Shown here: in pieces, positions 30,701-38,603 of the stretch
Layout: each line of letters opens with the position of its first letter
How positions within the stretch are numbered: the first letter of the stretch is position 1
Source: Bacteroidia bacterium
GTDB taxonomy: Bacteria; Bacteroidota; Bacteroidia; Bacteroidales; CAJPTX01
Direction: 5' to 3'
DNA: 64,000 nucleotides
NCBI GenBank assembly: GCA_013333195.2
Contig: JABCPG020000023.1
Span: 7,970-71,969, forward strand
The notes under the pieces: model-generated
The model's input: the letters and a program-made list of their open reading frames with translations, nothing else
Databases searched by the model: none
What the model was told of the DNA's origin: nothing
Position numbers and translations under genes: made by a program

Positions 30701-30906
30701 AGCTCTATGGTACTGGCAATGTTTTAGAATACGCAGTGTATAATCAGCTTGGGCGTGAGGTGTTCCGCGGCAGAAATGATTCTGGCAATGAGACGTTGGA
30801 AGTAGAGGCTTCGTCGTTGCCGGAGGGAGTGTACGTGGTTCGCCTGCGCGATGTAAATGGAGGAGAGAGAGCGTTGCGCGTTGTAAAGGTGAAGAAGGTG
30901 ATGTAA
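21793..30906 (+). CDS. Giant (3037 aa) secreted multidomain surface protein with type-A T9SS C-terminal sorting domain
   Basis: Uninterrupted 9.1-kb ORF. Signal peptide MSAVRKLVKVLLAVSLILLGGEAWSQ, CARDB-like modules and an 8-fold repeat. The last ~80 aa (NPFTNALKLYG...YAVYNQLGREV...LPEGVYVVRLRD...VVKVKK) fit the Por_Secre_tail pattern. Confidence 0.9.
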   Translation: MSAVRKLVKVLLAVSLILLGGEAWSQWVLPPDYSRDNNAQNPRDMRGGKNPGMSLLYYENFEKDKSSGVVTEWGVVPAGWRQESVKPNNSGAFSYWKLEPGGGQPRKDAFRMPFNSYDGKQNIVCYGKTSGAEQRLVTPTMDLTSVENGDPRLIFYYASPKESNGFCRLRLQYRVGSGGQWKAIPGAPELLNVENWTQVSVRLPKDLRKKDVQLGFYSIQNNGYGTSIDEVYVVNMEAARAEVRAFDLYPQSPLVARGAKKVPLMRIEVAVGPGGGKLKLEDLCNQGHATKLYATDKNGRKLVTALTNIALYVGQGSVFSSAKYAADIVTVPDAGEASYKVSALTVKDHSALCMDGGNVYSVWIVADVVDQESVPFKSKIWVNVDEQSCKFVAYGANEPDATLGGNDKHFFPTEGNSYATPVEQRSIVYKSLFSDDFEAGMGKWKLPTGVPSQLWAVGNPSPNAAAYTAAGKTRNEAQVNSAYSGTKVLATGELLNGGDVLRARQFSRMILADEAGKPGVWIEMNQGQLLDASTLKDVNLMFQKSFNTPYGMVFCVDGQYEGETTWVEFSHYDLTSSDWQGWQPLSLRLDKADGRKFKLRLRAFYAGNYESYTGFILDDIQLLGDEVQDDVGVSGLSVSESWNNGQDRGIRFTVHNYGKNPQSNVTYDVYIDGQKALGGQSLGATLQSGGSKEVEIKPTGGFAQLYADAKKDNTHHVEVRLTLSGDEDQGNNVAQVSTYSFPTIEVNDEKFYPEQFGEPMRHWYGEPYKEGYKSTWLFNSVYNISKCRDNQGKIAGRFGSGLLLGSYIWTTGDQQALGYEQSVLLSPIFSISTADATVKKPKEIVFAYATEGDQVEVYVEYHTETDKTWKRLEKSTDWERGWYDGGAVWKGTTDGYKIVKTQLPEALQGKGGQPVKAQFRMYFFNRTPERAGGVAVNGVELRPMRADLSVVSVTPEGGCAKPLGNEETLKITIKNSEKPEVAQEELLLPVSIEVKRGNDTYREVKLIQLPKLEKGVQKEFDTEVQMPWGAVQGVNSTVRVILLPQNSEKGLADEDVSNNEYGQEITAKVPGQLPLREVVVENGKYVLYSSIGKNLQLLNGPGDGYEGYTFENFSITSGTAATVTGNTFRVNKYDEEVTLQYKVKESECEVNLPIMIKEAKCDVYVEKIALPADQPDVDCKSEKDELRFVVTIRDRFTPSNPRNLRLVVTQGGRELYNESAELGEGREVKVRGVRRGGGVLKFTAVAGADADGSNNTKPYDREILLYPDPLTVFLQDINETSYMRKVEPDIVKGENTYGTRQWQLYVPSVSGIDSIHWKRNNVELPADKKGYLYKLGATSGVLEAYVSLKEGNEERCARKKVFEVKINNEDVEVRGLGGATGLSTLCADERGDYNLYVELANLSWVTYARERWMAFRLSKADGSDAEDIAVELTDDWYPGDSRVLSLGKLPSKLRPAQGASAASFKVEYLGVYEDLEKTKVAQDANTQNNVKISELKLSTAPKLQWSGIAAVAGGEYVVKKVFPVGSTAASAKLTVDDGGEAGMSYAWYSKSSGGDAWSPILSGGQLKKEYQIYGVAEDCYKVEVTNLSGCMSEISMRYIQTDVRFDDIKPLLSPDSLCSIHDNDGSVMVRLKNSGSKPLTRKEKFKIKFSLNRVTYESAEMTFNGLYNPNEPIEILVKNVDLSEAIRDAKGGRLNINNLELVVIDDWAVTTIGKRIASVRLTEKGNPDPRVYLFKELQAVNFVGIDRDKLVGPEEGVSKSAEVSIDNTFGTLLAYVKKGKGETAKWRWRYQSGKVEDVPLTATREDSLVEIPTDVQKQWMRDHIQDVGALEGTLNEPRQPNGIYTVEVADKNLCRSRVRFSVEEKAYDIALFSLTVPRSACDLNPEKMGYSKVVVAFRNVGSMPIGKNEEIKLTLNREDIKTEALKEEWEKAVYAEYLASEAGKATFEKVYKVGELYGGKDLESGGVMQVEVPVTLYREGADDGGVVRSALDGMKFKFTARVDFVDAVKCNETNKTNNESNQTAEIQDYPTPRVTKFTVKGKAAQVASRKGKGDYYIRKNDDPNTLVVGASVTPSTNITSKWWFRGSLKGNGMTSLEEPDMTGVNVTGTGELYVQLKLEGEKGCEGDGSIYIMENEPDLVVAEKVEGLPKELCPEDVSGAKKVKVWLKNASPAPLIVDETKCGKSGVQPSKVTVTLKDQLTGGTKVVEKSAEELFGKSDLYSYVWKERQSGSGEWEKSSTPTVSNGVGLSGFGEVSIEIDGFQFGSEKWVANAVGAIEVSFVGGCEKNTNNNSRQFDVKVRPVPNMDGVLTSAKTFYVKRGTTAHWKEEWTTDQKLQKSMTWGLRGEQGMPVQAEDVSSDKLGLSLSASASGTYVLKVRDEMGCVGSKEQEVSLPGFLSLVDDAIKVEPSDLVTGSCDYKQSEQKLKVSVVNDGNTVLDLAGKRIQLKFDMKRDGVVVSTLPLEYTFSSSESSLEVGGTKAIEVEMFKNYDLSEAGIYQLAFSLETGKTPPVDEAPANMRGGERNVEIRRYYNPSESISWTQQLAEYFDAGSNYKALEKTKVGDPKTFKLYGLGDYHQNVSSASYQSLKKAGTMWTWYVDGKEVEGPSPDVYVKEFTKPAPDGWLKVKLATVNGCEQVSDSIELRWLKEYGFSSIALSPMSSQMCSDLQSGSADDLKDVKGSFMLAKADGVLPKGETITLRFSHMKEGSGTWETTNYPIVLDKDYVEGERIPFIFKVRFEPGKHGVQMSGGEYHDTRSGRYWQIGASQGVPVEFEVKANPYFVAALEREQKAYGKPYLIKLPDAAPGKSGDWVKYNWENEGAKEDKNYEVRVSKDYQVVVMEENGCSLKEGIHVDFYYKYDVVVDQGEGRIEVIDAQNGVSYSAGEQAIKDGAKVKFNVLPGSQYEILGVLVGDDPSVDWTKEYPVTSDFKLLVSFRKKQNENPGTNPTAVESEMLRGVQTVNPFTNALKLYGTGNVLEYAVYNQLGREVFRGRNDSGNETLEVEASSLPEGVYVVRLRDVNGGERALRVVKVKKVM

Positions 30907-30942
30907 CCGCTGAGCAGGTAGCTTTGCGAGAAGTTGTTGTTG

Positions 30943-30974
30943 AGAATCCTCAGGCAGACCTGCCTGAGGATTCT
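30943..30974 (+). terminator. Hairpin terminator after the giant gene
   Basis: 14-bp perfect stem agaatcctcaggca / tgcctgaggattct with loop gacc, 37 nt after the stop. The U-tract is weak (tatt). Confidence 0.6.
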
Positions 30975-31021
30975 TATTGCGGATATAGATGAAGATTAAG
31001 TAATTGATTGTATAAATTGGT

Positions 31022-33637
31022 ATGGTGGAAAGAGGCTACAGGGTTTGTATTGCGTTGCTTTTAGGACTTTCGTGTTTGTATGTGCAGGTGCTGTCGGGTT
31101 GCTCCAGCACCTCAAAGGCAAAACAGGGAGGGCCCGGTTCGGCTGAGAAGTCGGAGACAGGTTATGCGGCAGTGTTGAGCGGGGCACAGCGCGATTCTGG
31201 TTTTATCAGTGTGTACTCGGTGAAGAAGCCTAAAGAGACAAAACATTACTTCAGTGTACCTAAAACAGTATTTGCACGGGACATTTTGGTTGTAAATAAG
31301 GTTACATCGGTACCCATGAAACTGGGCGAGACGGGAATGAATCGAGGGGTGAACTATCGTACGATGCTAGTGCGCCTTTCAATTAGTCCTGATGGGCGGA
31401 ATTTAGATATCCGCGAGGTAGATCCCATTGTGGAGTGTGAGCAAGGCGATAATATTTGCACGTCTGTTCGTTCCAACTACGTTTCTTCCGTTGTAGCCTC
31501 TCTGCCGATAGAAGCTTACGGGGCGGATTCGTCAGCAGTGCTGGTGGAGGTATCGAGCCTGTTTAATGGTTCGGAAAGTGCGTTGCAGAATGTGTTTGGT
31601 ATTACAGGACTGGGGGTGTCGCCCAAAAGCTCCTTGTCGCGAATATTGTCAATGAAGGCGTTCCCTACAAATGTTATGGTTTACAGTGAATTGACGGCTC
31701 CTGTGTCGGGTGCGGAAGAGCAGATGACGGTGACCGTAGGAGTAGCGTCGAATTGGTATTTACTTCCTAAGGACAAGATGGTTCCTCGTTTCGCGGATGA
31801 CAGGGTTGGTTTCTTCACGATGCCCAAACAGTACTATCGAGATTCGCAGCAGCGTGTAGAAGAGCGTAAGGTCATTACCCGGTGGCGACTCGAGCCGAAG
31901 AGTGAAGATCGAGAGCGCTATCTACGTGGGGAACTGGTGGAGCCTCAAAAACCGATAATTTTTTATATCGACAGCGCTACCCCTAAGCAGTGGATTCCAT
32001 ACATCAAAGCTGGGATAGAAGACTGGCAAGTAGCTTTTGAGCGTGCCGGTTTTAAAAAGGCTATTGCGGCCTACGAGTTGAATACGGATACGATAGATAT
32101 TGATGATGCGCGATATTCATCGGTAGTCTATGCGGCATCGACAATGGCTAATGCGATGGGTCCTTCAGTGTGCGATCCCCGGACTGGAGAAATCGTGGAG
32201 GCCGATGTGATGTGGTGGCATAACGTATTGGGAGCAGTGCAGCGCTGGTTAAGACTACAGACGGGTCTGCTTAACCCGGCTGTCAGGGGGAATCAGATAC
32301 CAGATGATGAGATGGGGAAAGCCGTTCGTTTCATTGCGGCGCATGAGATTGGACATACGTTAGGTTTGATGCATAATATGGGTTCGAGCGCGGCGTATTC
32401 GATAGATTCGCTCCGTTCGCCGACGTTTACGTCTACGCATGGGACAGCCCCCTCCATCATGGATTATGCCCGGTTCAACTACGTGGCGCAGCCAGGAGAT
32501 GGGGTGAAGCAGCTATATCCTCGGATAGGTGAATATGATTGCTATGCGATTGAGTTTGCTTACCGTTGGCGTGGAGCTGCAACGCCTCATGAAGAACAGC
32601 AGGCCCTGCGAGCTTACGTTGCGAATTTTTCTGAGGATCCCGTATACTTTTTTGGGCCACAATGCACATCATCTCGTGAGATCGTGGATCCTCGTTCCCA
32701 GAGTGAAGACATAGGAAATGATGCCATCAAAGCGTCGAAGTTGGGTATTGTTGCTTTAAAAAAGATAATCCCTCACGTGTTGGAATGGACGGATGCGAAA
32801 GATGGGGAGTATATTGCGGCGGGGAAATTTCTGCACGATATAATTGATCAGTGGCATTTATACGCGTACCACGTGATGGCAAATATTGGAGGGATCTATC
32901 TAAATGATAGAGATTACGCGGTGCAAAAAGAATCGTTTGTGCCTGTGGCTAGGGCAAAGCAACAGGAGGCAGTGCGTTATCTTCTCAATGAGGCTTTTGT
33001 TTACCCAGCGTGGCTGTTTGGAGGGGAGATATACAGCCGTGTGTTGCCGATAAAAAGTTCGCCGGAGGGTCCATATGAGTATGCATCGATGGAGCTTTTT
33101 AAAAATTACCAGGGATATTTACTTTGGGATTTGCTTAGTGAGGAACGTTTGGCGCGAATGGTTGAAAATGAGGCGCGTAATGGAAAGAATGCTTACGGGG
33201 TACTCGAGATGTTTGACGATCTCCGAAACGGTATTTTCCGTGGAACGCTTCGCGGTGACCGTCTCAGCGCGTATGAGAGGATAACCCAGAAGAATTATGT
33301 GGATGCGTTGATAATTGCTTGCGACCGTACAGTGGCAGTCAAAAATCGGAAGGCGCTGGTTAAAAGCATTTTTGGAAAGAGGCCAACTGGTGCTAGAGAG
33401 CAGGATTTATGCGTCAATTCCTCGGCTTATCCCTTGGGCTCAGTTGGTTTCATCAGCCAAACGCGGAGAATGAAGTTTGATCAGCTTTCTCGGATAGGAG
33501 ATCAGCTTTCTCTGAAACGAGGAGAGCTTCTGCGCGTGCGTGATATGATGAAAAGAGGTACGAACCATGCGGATTTGGCTACACGCTACCATTATCAGGA
33601 TCTTATTCTTCGCATTAATGATGCTCTAGGAGAATAG
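31022..33637 (+). CDS. Zinc-dependent Met-zincin metalloprotease lipoprotein (DUF5117/DUF4953-type family)
   Basis: Lipobox LSGC at aa 24-27. HEIGHTLGLMHN zinc site (nt 32342-32356 = HEIGH) followed by APSIMDY. 871 aa, which is typical for this Bacteroidota family. Confidence 0.85.
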   Translation: MVERGYRVCIALLLGLSCLYVQVLSGCSSTSKAKQGGPGSAEKSETGYAAVLSGAQRDSGFISVYSVKKPKETKHYFSVPKTVFARDILVVNKVTSVPMKLGETGMNRGVNYRTMLVRLSISPDGRNLDIREVDPIVECEQGDNICTSVRSNYVSSVVASLPIEAYGADSSAVLVEVSSLFNGSESALQNVFGITGLGVSPKSSLSRILSMKAFPTNVMVYSELTAPVSGAEEQMTVTVGVASNWYLLPKDKMVPRFADDRVGFFTMPKQYYRDSQQRVEERKVITRWRLEPKSEDRERYLRGELVEPQKPIIFYIDSATPKQWIPYIKAGIEDWQVAFERAGFKKAIAAYELNTDTIDIDDARYSSVVYAASTMANAMGPSVCDPRTGEIVEADVMWWHNVLGAVQRWLRLQTGLLNPAVRGNQIPDDEMGKAVRFIAAHEIGHTLGLMHNMGSSAAYSIDSLRSPTFTSTHGTAPSIMDYARFNYVAQPGDGVKQLYPRIGEYDCYAIEFAYRWRGAATPHEEQQALRAYVANFSEDPVYFFGPQCTSSREIVDPRSQSEDIGNDAIKASKLGIVALKKIIPHVLEWTDAKDGEYIAAGKFLHDIIDQWHLYAYHVMANIGGIYLNDRDYAVQKESFVPVARAKQQEAVRYLLNEAFVYPAWLFGGEIYSRVLPIKSSPEGPYEYASMELFKNYQGYLLWDLLSEERLARMVENEARNGKNAYGVLEMFDDLRNGIFRGTLRGDRLSAYERITQKNYVDALIIACDRTVAVKNRKALVKSIFGKRPTGAREQDLCVNSSAYPLGSVGFISQTRRMKFDQLSRIGDQLSLKRGELLRVRDMMKRGTNHADLATRYHYQDLILRINDALGE

Positions 33638-33677
33638 TATCGTGTTCGTTAAGGGGTGAGCGTATTTTTATAGAGTA

Positions 33678-36600
33678 TTGAACGCAGTTAGAAAAGGAGG
33701 AGGAGTAAAAGTGTTGTTCCGAAAAATAATTCTGACCGTTTTTATGTCGGCCGTTGGGTGTGGTCTGTTTGCGCAGACAAAGGAAGTACGCGGTATTGTC
33801 CTAGATGCGGATGAATCGACACCTTTGGTGGCTGCATCAGTGGGGGCTTTGGCTGTGGGGAGCAAGACGGAGGTGGTTAAAAGTACTATAACGGATTTAG
33901 ATGGACGTTTTCGCATGGATGTTCCTGTAGGTACGCAGGAGTTGCTGGTTGTATATGTTGGTTACGAGCGCCAGATAGTAGCGTGCGGCACGGAGTTGGT
34001 TAAGGTACTATTAAGTCCTGAAAGTCTTGATATTGCAGATGTTATAGTAACAGGATATGGGAAAATTGACCGAAGAAAATCGACTGCCTCGGTTTCTTCT
34101 ATAAATTTAACTGACGTGTCGCAGGCATCAATGGGCGTGGATCAGATGCTTAAGGGAACAATGGCGGGAGTGAATGTGACGACAGTAAGTGGTACCCCAG
34201 GTGCTCCTGCGAAGATTCGCATCCGAGGGACGTCGTCGCTGCAAGGTACGCAGGATCCATTGTGGGTTGTTGATGGTATGCCGCTCGAGGGTACCGATCT
34301 TCCGAAGCTCGAGAATCTTTCCGGGATTGATGAGCTGTACTCCTCGGCGATTGCTGGTATAAATCCTCAAGATATTGCGTCGGTTTCTGTGCTTAGGGAT
34401 GCTGCGGCGACTGCTATCTACGGAGCCCGTGCGGCGAATGGGGTCATAGTTGTAAATACAAAGAGTGGGAAGAAAGGGCGTATACACGTAAACTATTCTG
34501 GAAAGCTTTCTGTGGTAGCGCGACCGGATGTCGGGCGTTTGGGACTCCTTACCAGTAGCGAAAAGGTGGGACTCGAGTTGGACTTGTTGCGGAGTTCGTA
34601 CACGACATTTGAAAAAAAGGGGGGAGTATCCCGAATACTTCAAGCCTATGGCGAGCTGAATACGTACAAGAGCGGTGGTTTTTCAGCACTTTCGTCCGCG
34701 GCGCAAGAAGAAATCAATGCCCTACGTGATATCTCTACGGATTGGAACAGGGAGCTATTTCGCTCTGCTCTAAGTCACGATCATTTTTTAAGCGTATCGG
34801 GAGGAGCGGACTGGGCGGATTACTACGTGTCGGCTGGGTATTTTAATGAGGCTGGAGCAGTGCGAGGAGTGAATGCGAGTCGGATCAATCTGACCTCGAA
34901 AACTCGTTTCCATTTTGGGGAGAGAGTAGACATAGGGGTTTCGCTTCTGGCGAACCAGCGGAAGAACAATTCCTTTTTGTCGAATACGGATGGCTATACA
35001 AACCCGGTTTTCTATTCTAGAGCTGTAAACCCCTATCTAAGGATTTATGATGCTAGTGGAAACTATGTATACGATCCCGATATGCGTGGTTTTGGGCGTG
35101 ATGATGATGTGATACGCTATAATATTGTGGAAGAGCGTTCGAATACGCGTTATGATCTTACGAATTTGGCTTTTACAGCCGTTTTTGATTTGTCGTGGAG
35201 GATATGGCGCGGTTTGACATTGGAGTCGCAGGCGGGAGTGCAGTACGATGAGAGGAAGTTGGTTGCGTCAGCTTTGGGCGAAAGCTACGCAGTGCGTCGT
35301 GAGTTGCAACGATCAAGACTTTCTGATGGCTCTTCCTATATTCCGAAAGGAGGTTTTTATCGAAATACGGATGGTCATTCCTTTCAGTACACCGTAAAGA
35401 ATATGCTGCGTTACGTCGAAACGTTTAAAGCGATGCATTCCTTAGATGTAATGATTGGTAATGAGCTGCGGAGGGCATCGGATGAATCGATATTTTCGGC
35501 AGGTTATGGGTATGATGCTGATGCTTTGACAACGAAAATGGTTCGATTCACCCGTGAGGATCAGGGGCGCTACACGCCGCTTTTCAAGCGTAATTACGCG
35601 GAGAACGCATTCGTATCGTTTTTTGGTACGGTGTCGTATACGCTTTTGAGTCGATATACGTTGGGAGGTAGTGTGCGCTTTGATGGAAGCAATTTGTTTG
35701 GAGTTGATCCTAAGTACCGCTATCTACCATTGTATTCTGTAAGCGCCATGTGGGACGTGAAGCAAGAGAGCTTTTTAGAAAATGTAAATTGGCTAAGCGA
35801 CTTACGCCTTCGCGCTTCCTACGGTTTGCAAGGCAATGTAGATAAGAATACGTATTCGACGCTTGTGGGCGTATTGCGCCACGATGCCTTCTTCTACCCG
35901 CAGCAGGGCGGTGGTGAAAGGGAGGGAGAGGATAATATTACCATTGAGAGTCCCCCAAATAGCCGTTTACGATGGGAGAAGACGCGAACGTACAATATAG
36001 GATTGGACGTGTCTTTTGCTTCCTACCGGGTGAAGCTGGCATTGGATTACTACGATCGGCTGAGTTCGGATTTAATAGGCATGCGAAAGTTGCCTTTGGA
36101 ATCGGGTTTTGCATACACTACTGTGAATTGGTCGCGACTAACCAATCGTGGTGTGGATGTAAACGCTTCTGTGCTAGTGTTGAAAGTAGAGGGGTTTGAG
36201 TGGAATATTCAAAGTAATTTCTCGTATAACTACAATCGGATCGACCGGTTAACGACGCAAGATAATAGCAGAAGACCGAGCGGCGAGGGGTATCCTGTGG
36301 GAGGTATTTTTGTGCTTCCGTATGTCGGGATTGATCAATATGGGTACCCATTGCTACGTGGTGCACGAGGGGAGAGCCTATTGATTTCGGAATTGCTTCG
36401 ATTACGTCGTGTTGGTCCAAGTAATGTGTCGAGACTTTCGCCGGCTGAAGAACGCGCGCTGTTTGTTTATGCTGGTACGGAAGAACCTCCCTATAGCATG
36501 GGAGTTACGACCTCCTTTTCCTGGGGAGGAATAGAACTTTCGCTATCTGCAGTCGGTAACTTTGGGCATAAGTTTTTGGTGCAGCCGTACTATAGTTTTA

Positions 36601-36995
36601 CCCAATACGATAGGGGACTGAATACAACAAAGCAAATTTTTAGCCGTTGGACGGACGATAATCCTTCGGGTACGCTCCCGCGCTTAATGACGGAAAAGGA
36701 TTTGGGGCGTGCTTCTGAATATACTGCATACGATGAAGGGTACCAGAAACTGTTGAGTTTGTATGTTCGTGATGCGTCCTACGTTCGTTTGCAGTCGGTA
36801 CGATTATCGTATGCATTTCCTTCAGAACTATTGAAGCGGGTGAAGATATCAAGTGCCTCTGTAGCTGTTGAAGGGAGGAACCTTTTGGTTTGGGGCAAGG
36901 ATTATGATGGCTTTATAGATCCTGAGACGATGAAAAATCCTTACGCGCAACCGATTCCGAAGTCGGTGAGCCTTTCGTTGACCTTAGGGTTTTAA
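33678..36995 (+). CDS. SusC/RagA-family TonB-dependent outer-membrane transporter
   Basis: About 1100 aa. Signal peptide, CarboxypepD_reg-like N-domain (VRGIVLDADESTPLVAASV...TDLDGRF), plug (DPLWVVDGMP, SVLRDAAATAIYGARAANGVIVV) and C-terminal aromatic residue (LGF). The start is uncertain (TTG 33678 or GTG 33711). Confidence 0.92.
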   Translation: MNAVRKGGGVKVLFRKIILTVFMSAVGCGLFAQTKEVRGIVLDADESTPLVAASVGALAVGSKTEVVKSTITDLDGRFRMDVPVGTQELLVVYVGYERQIVACGTELVKVLLSPESLDIADVIVTGYGKIDRRKSTASVSSINLTDVSQASMGVDQMLKGTMAGVNVTTVSGTPGAPAKIRIRGTSSLQGTQDPLWVVDGMPLEGTDLPKLENLSGIDELYSSAIAGINPQDIASVSVLRDAAATAIYGARAANGVIVVNTKSGKKGRIHVNYSGKLSVVARPDVGRLGLLTSSEKVGLELDLLRSSYTTFEKKGGVSRILQAYGELNTYKSGGFSALSSAAQEEINALRDISTDWNRELFRSALSHDHFLSVSGGADWADYYVSAGYFNEAGAVRGVNASRINLTSKTRFHFGERVDIGVSLLANQRKNNSFLSNTDGYTNPVFYSRAVNPYLRIYDASGNYVYDPDMRGFGRDDDVIRYNIVEERSNTRYDLTNLAFTAVFDLSWRIWRGLTLESQAGVQYDERKLVASALGESYAVRRELQRSRLSDGSSYIPKGGFYRNTDGHSFQYTVKNMLRYVETFKAMHSLDVMIGNELRRASDESIFSAGYGYDADALTTKMVRFTREDQGRYTPLFKRNYAENAFVSFFGTVSYTLLSRYTLGGSVRFDGSNLFGVDPKYRYLPLYSVSAMWDVKQESFLENVNWLSDLRLRASYGLQGNVDKNTYSTLVGVLRHDAFFYPQQGGGEREGEDNITIESPPNSRLRWEKTRTYNIGLDVSFASYRVKLALDYYDRLSSDLIGMRKLPLESGFAYTTVNWSRLTNRGVDVNASVLVLKVEGFEWNIQSNFSYNYNRIDRLTTQDNSRRPSGEGYPVGGIFVLPYVGIDQYGYPLLRGARGESLLISELLRLRRVGPSNVSRLSPAEERALFVYAGTEEPPYSMGVTTSFSWGGIELSLSAVGNFGHKFLVQPYYSFTQYDRGLNTTKQIFSRWTDDNPSGTLPRLMTEKDLGRASEYTAYDEGYQKLLSLYVRDASYVRLQSVRLSYAFPSELLKRVKISSASVAVEGRNLLVWGKDYDGFIDPETMKNPYAQPIPKSVSLSLTLGF

Positions 36996-37225
36996 GCGAT
37001 GGGGAGTAGAGATGATGAAATTTGGTTTAGTAATGGGGCGGCAAATGGTGCGTTGCTACTGCGCTCTATCAATCGCGACCTGTGGGGACATACTTTTCTC
37101 TTCGATCGAGAATTTTCTTAAGCTAGTACAGAAGGTTGCTGCGCATGGATCAGCCCATTTGTCATTGAGGATAGTTGCTTTTTGCGTAGGAACAGTTGTA
37201 GTTAAAAATGGGGGTCACATAGAGT

Positions 37226-38590
37226 ATGGATGTTAGGAATTACAAGACGAATATATTTGTCAGGCTGCTATTTCTGCTGTTTTCCGTTGCGTGTTTTGCT
37301 GGGTGCGAAAAATTTCTAGATATAAAGCCAGCGGGTGTTGTAATGCCCGATAATCTATCGGATTATCGGGCGATGCTAACCCGAGTGTACCAGGGTTTTC
37401 CTACGGATTTGGCGAAATTGAGTTTGCGTAGCGATGAGGTGAAGGTAAGCTTTGATGGTGTAAATGCGTCCTATAGGCCTTCGTATGAAGAGATTTATAC
37501 TTGGATAGACAATGGGAGCCTTTCGACAGTCACTACGCAGTGGCAGAGTTACTACTACAGTATCTACGTGTCGAACTACCTCATTAAGCTGTTGGCAAAC
37601 GCTTCAGATGCCTCAGACGATACTAAGCAGCTTGTTGGAGAAGCCTACCTGATACGTGCGTATAGTTACTTTTTATTAGCAAACATATATGGTCAGCCCT
37701 ATTCCGACGAATCTCTGAGTTCTTTATGCGTTCCTCTAGTGTTGGATAATGATGTTGAAGAAGTGCGCGTGAAAAGTACTTTGAAATCGGTGTATGAGCA
37801 GGTAGAACAAGATATTGAGGCATCGTTCGGGTACTTGCAAGTTGACCGCTGGGAACCCTCTTTGCGTTACCGATTCGGTCGAGATGCAGCACGAGCGTTT
37901 GCGTGCCGAGTAGCCCTGTATAAAAAAGATTGGAAGAGAGCTATTGAGAAAGGAAGCCCCATACTTAGTTCCAGCTACGAATTGGAGGATTTGAATTCCA
38001 GCTCTTCCAAGCTCCCGTGCCATTATAGGTCGTCAGAAGCGATTATGAATATGGATCTAGTGATGGATGGCGATTATCTGAGTATAATGCGAGCCTCGGA
38101 TTTGCTAATTGCCTCCTACGCATCGGGAGATCGGCGCAAGGAGCTGTATTTTAGGACACCATCAGCGGGAGATTACAGAGTTCAGCGAGGCGACGAAAAG
38201 AAGGGGGAGAGTACCGCCTACCGTATTACATTTCGGCTGGGAGAGGTGTTGCTAAATGTGGCCGAAGCTCAAGCAAGATTGGGTTCTTTGCTTGAATCGA
38301 AAACTTTGCTGAAGCAACTAGCTAAGAAACGATATTCAGAATCAAAAATTGCGGATGCAGAGGTAATGATAGATGCCAAAAATACGAGTGAGGAACTGTT
38401 AGAGTTCATACTGGCCGAACGTGGGCGAGAGCTGGCATTTGAGGGTCTCCGGTGGTTTGATTTACGTCGCTTTGGGTGCCCTCAAATTTCGCATAAACTT
38501 GATGAGAAGGAATATACACTTAATGAGAAAGATTCTCGCTACACGTTGCCGATTCCGCGAGAAGCTAAAGAAAGTAATTCAAACCTGTAA
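37226..38590 (+). CDS. SusD/RagB-family outer-membrane lipoprotein
   Basis: Lipobox FAGC followed by EKFLDIKP. RagB/SusD signatures (AYLIRAYSYFLLANIYGQPY; ILAERGRELAFEGLRWFDLRR). Positioned directly after SusC. Confidence 0.88.
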   Translation: MDVRNYKTNIFVRLLFLLFSVACFAGCEKFLDIKPAGVVMPDNLSDYRAMLTRVYQGFPTDLAKLSLRSDEVKVSFDGVNASYRPSYEEIYTWIDNGSLSTVTTQWQSYYYSIYVSNYLIKLLANASDASDDTKQLVGEAYLIRAYSYFLLANIYGQPYSDESLSSLCVPLVLDNDVEEVRVKSTLKSVYEQVEQDIEASFGYLQVDRWEPSLRYRFGRDAARAFACRVALYKKDWKRAIEKGSPILSSSYELEDLNSSSSKLPCHYRSSEAIMNMDLVMDGDYLSIMRASDLLIASYASGDRRKELYFRTPSAGDYRVQRGDEKKGESTAYRITFRLGEVLLNVAEAQARLGSLLESKTLLKQLAKKRYSESKIADAEVMIDAKNTSEELLEFILAERGRELAFEGLRWFDLRRFGCPQISHKLDEKEYTLNEKDSRYTLPIPREAKESNSNL

Positions 38591-38603
38591 TGCAGTGAAT
38601 ACG

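Noticed and set aside
37012-37236. 74-aa ORF in the SusC-SusD spacer.
   Set aside because: No signal peptide, no recognisable motif, and it overlaps the susD start. It is kept only as part of the long-spacer observation.
38421-38603. ORF-track N-terminal extensions that overlap upstream genes: 38421 for the T9SS protein, 20085 for plsY, 17566 for feoB, 62171 for rimM, 49815 for rimO, 57329 for proS, 11128 for ddl and 8824 for the nfnA-like gene.
   Set aside because: Internal Met codons give canonical N-termini (signal peptide or conserved family start). They also remove long overlaps, and several are positioned correctly behind a TAnnTTTG box.
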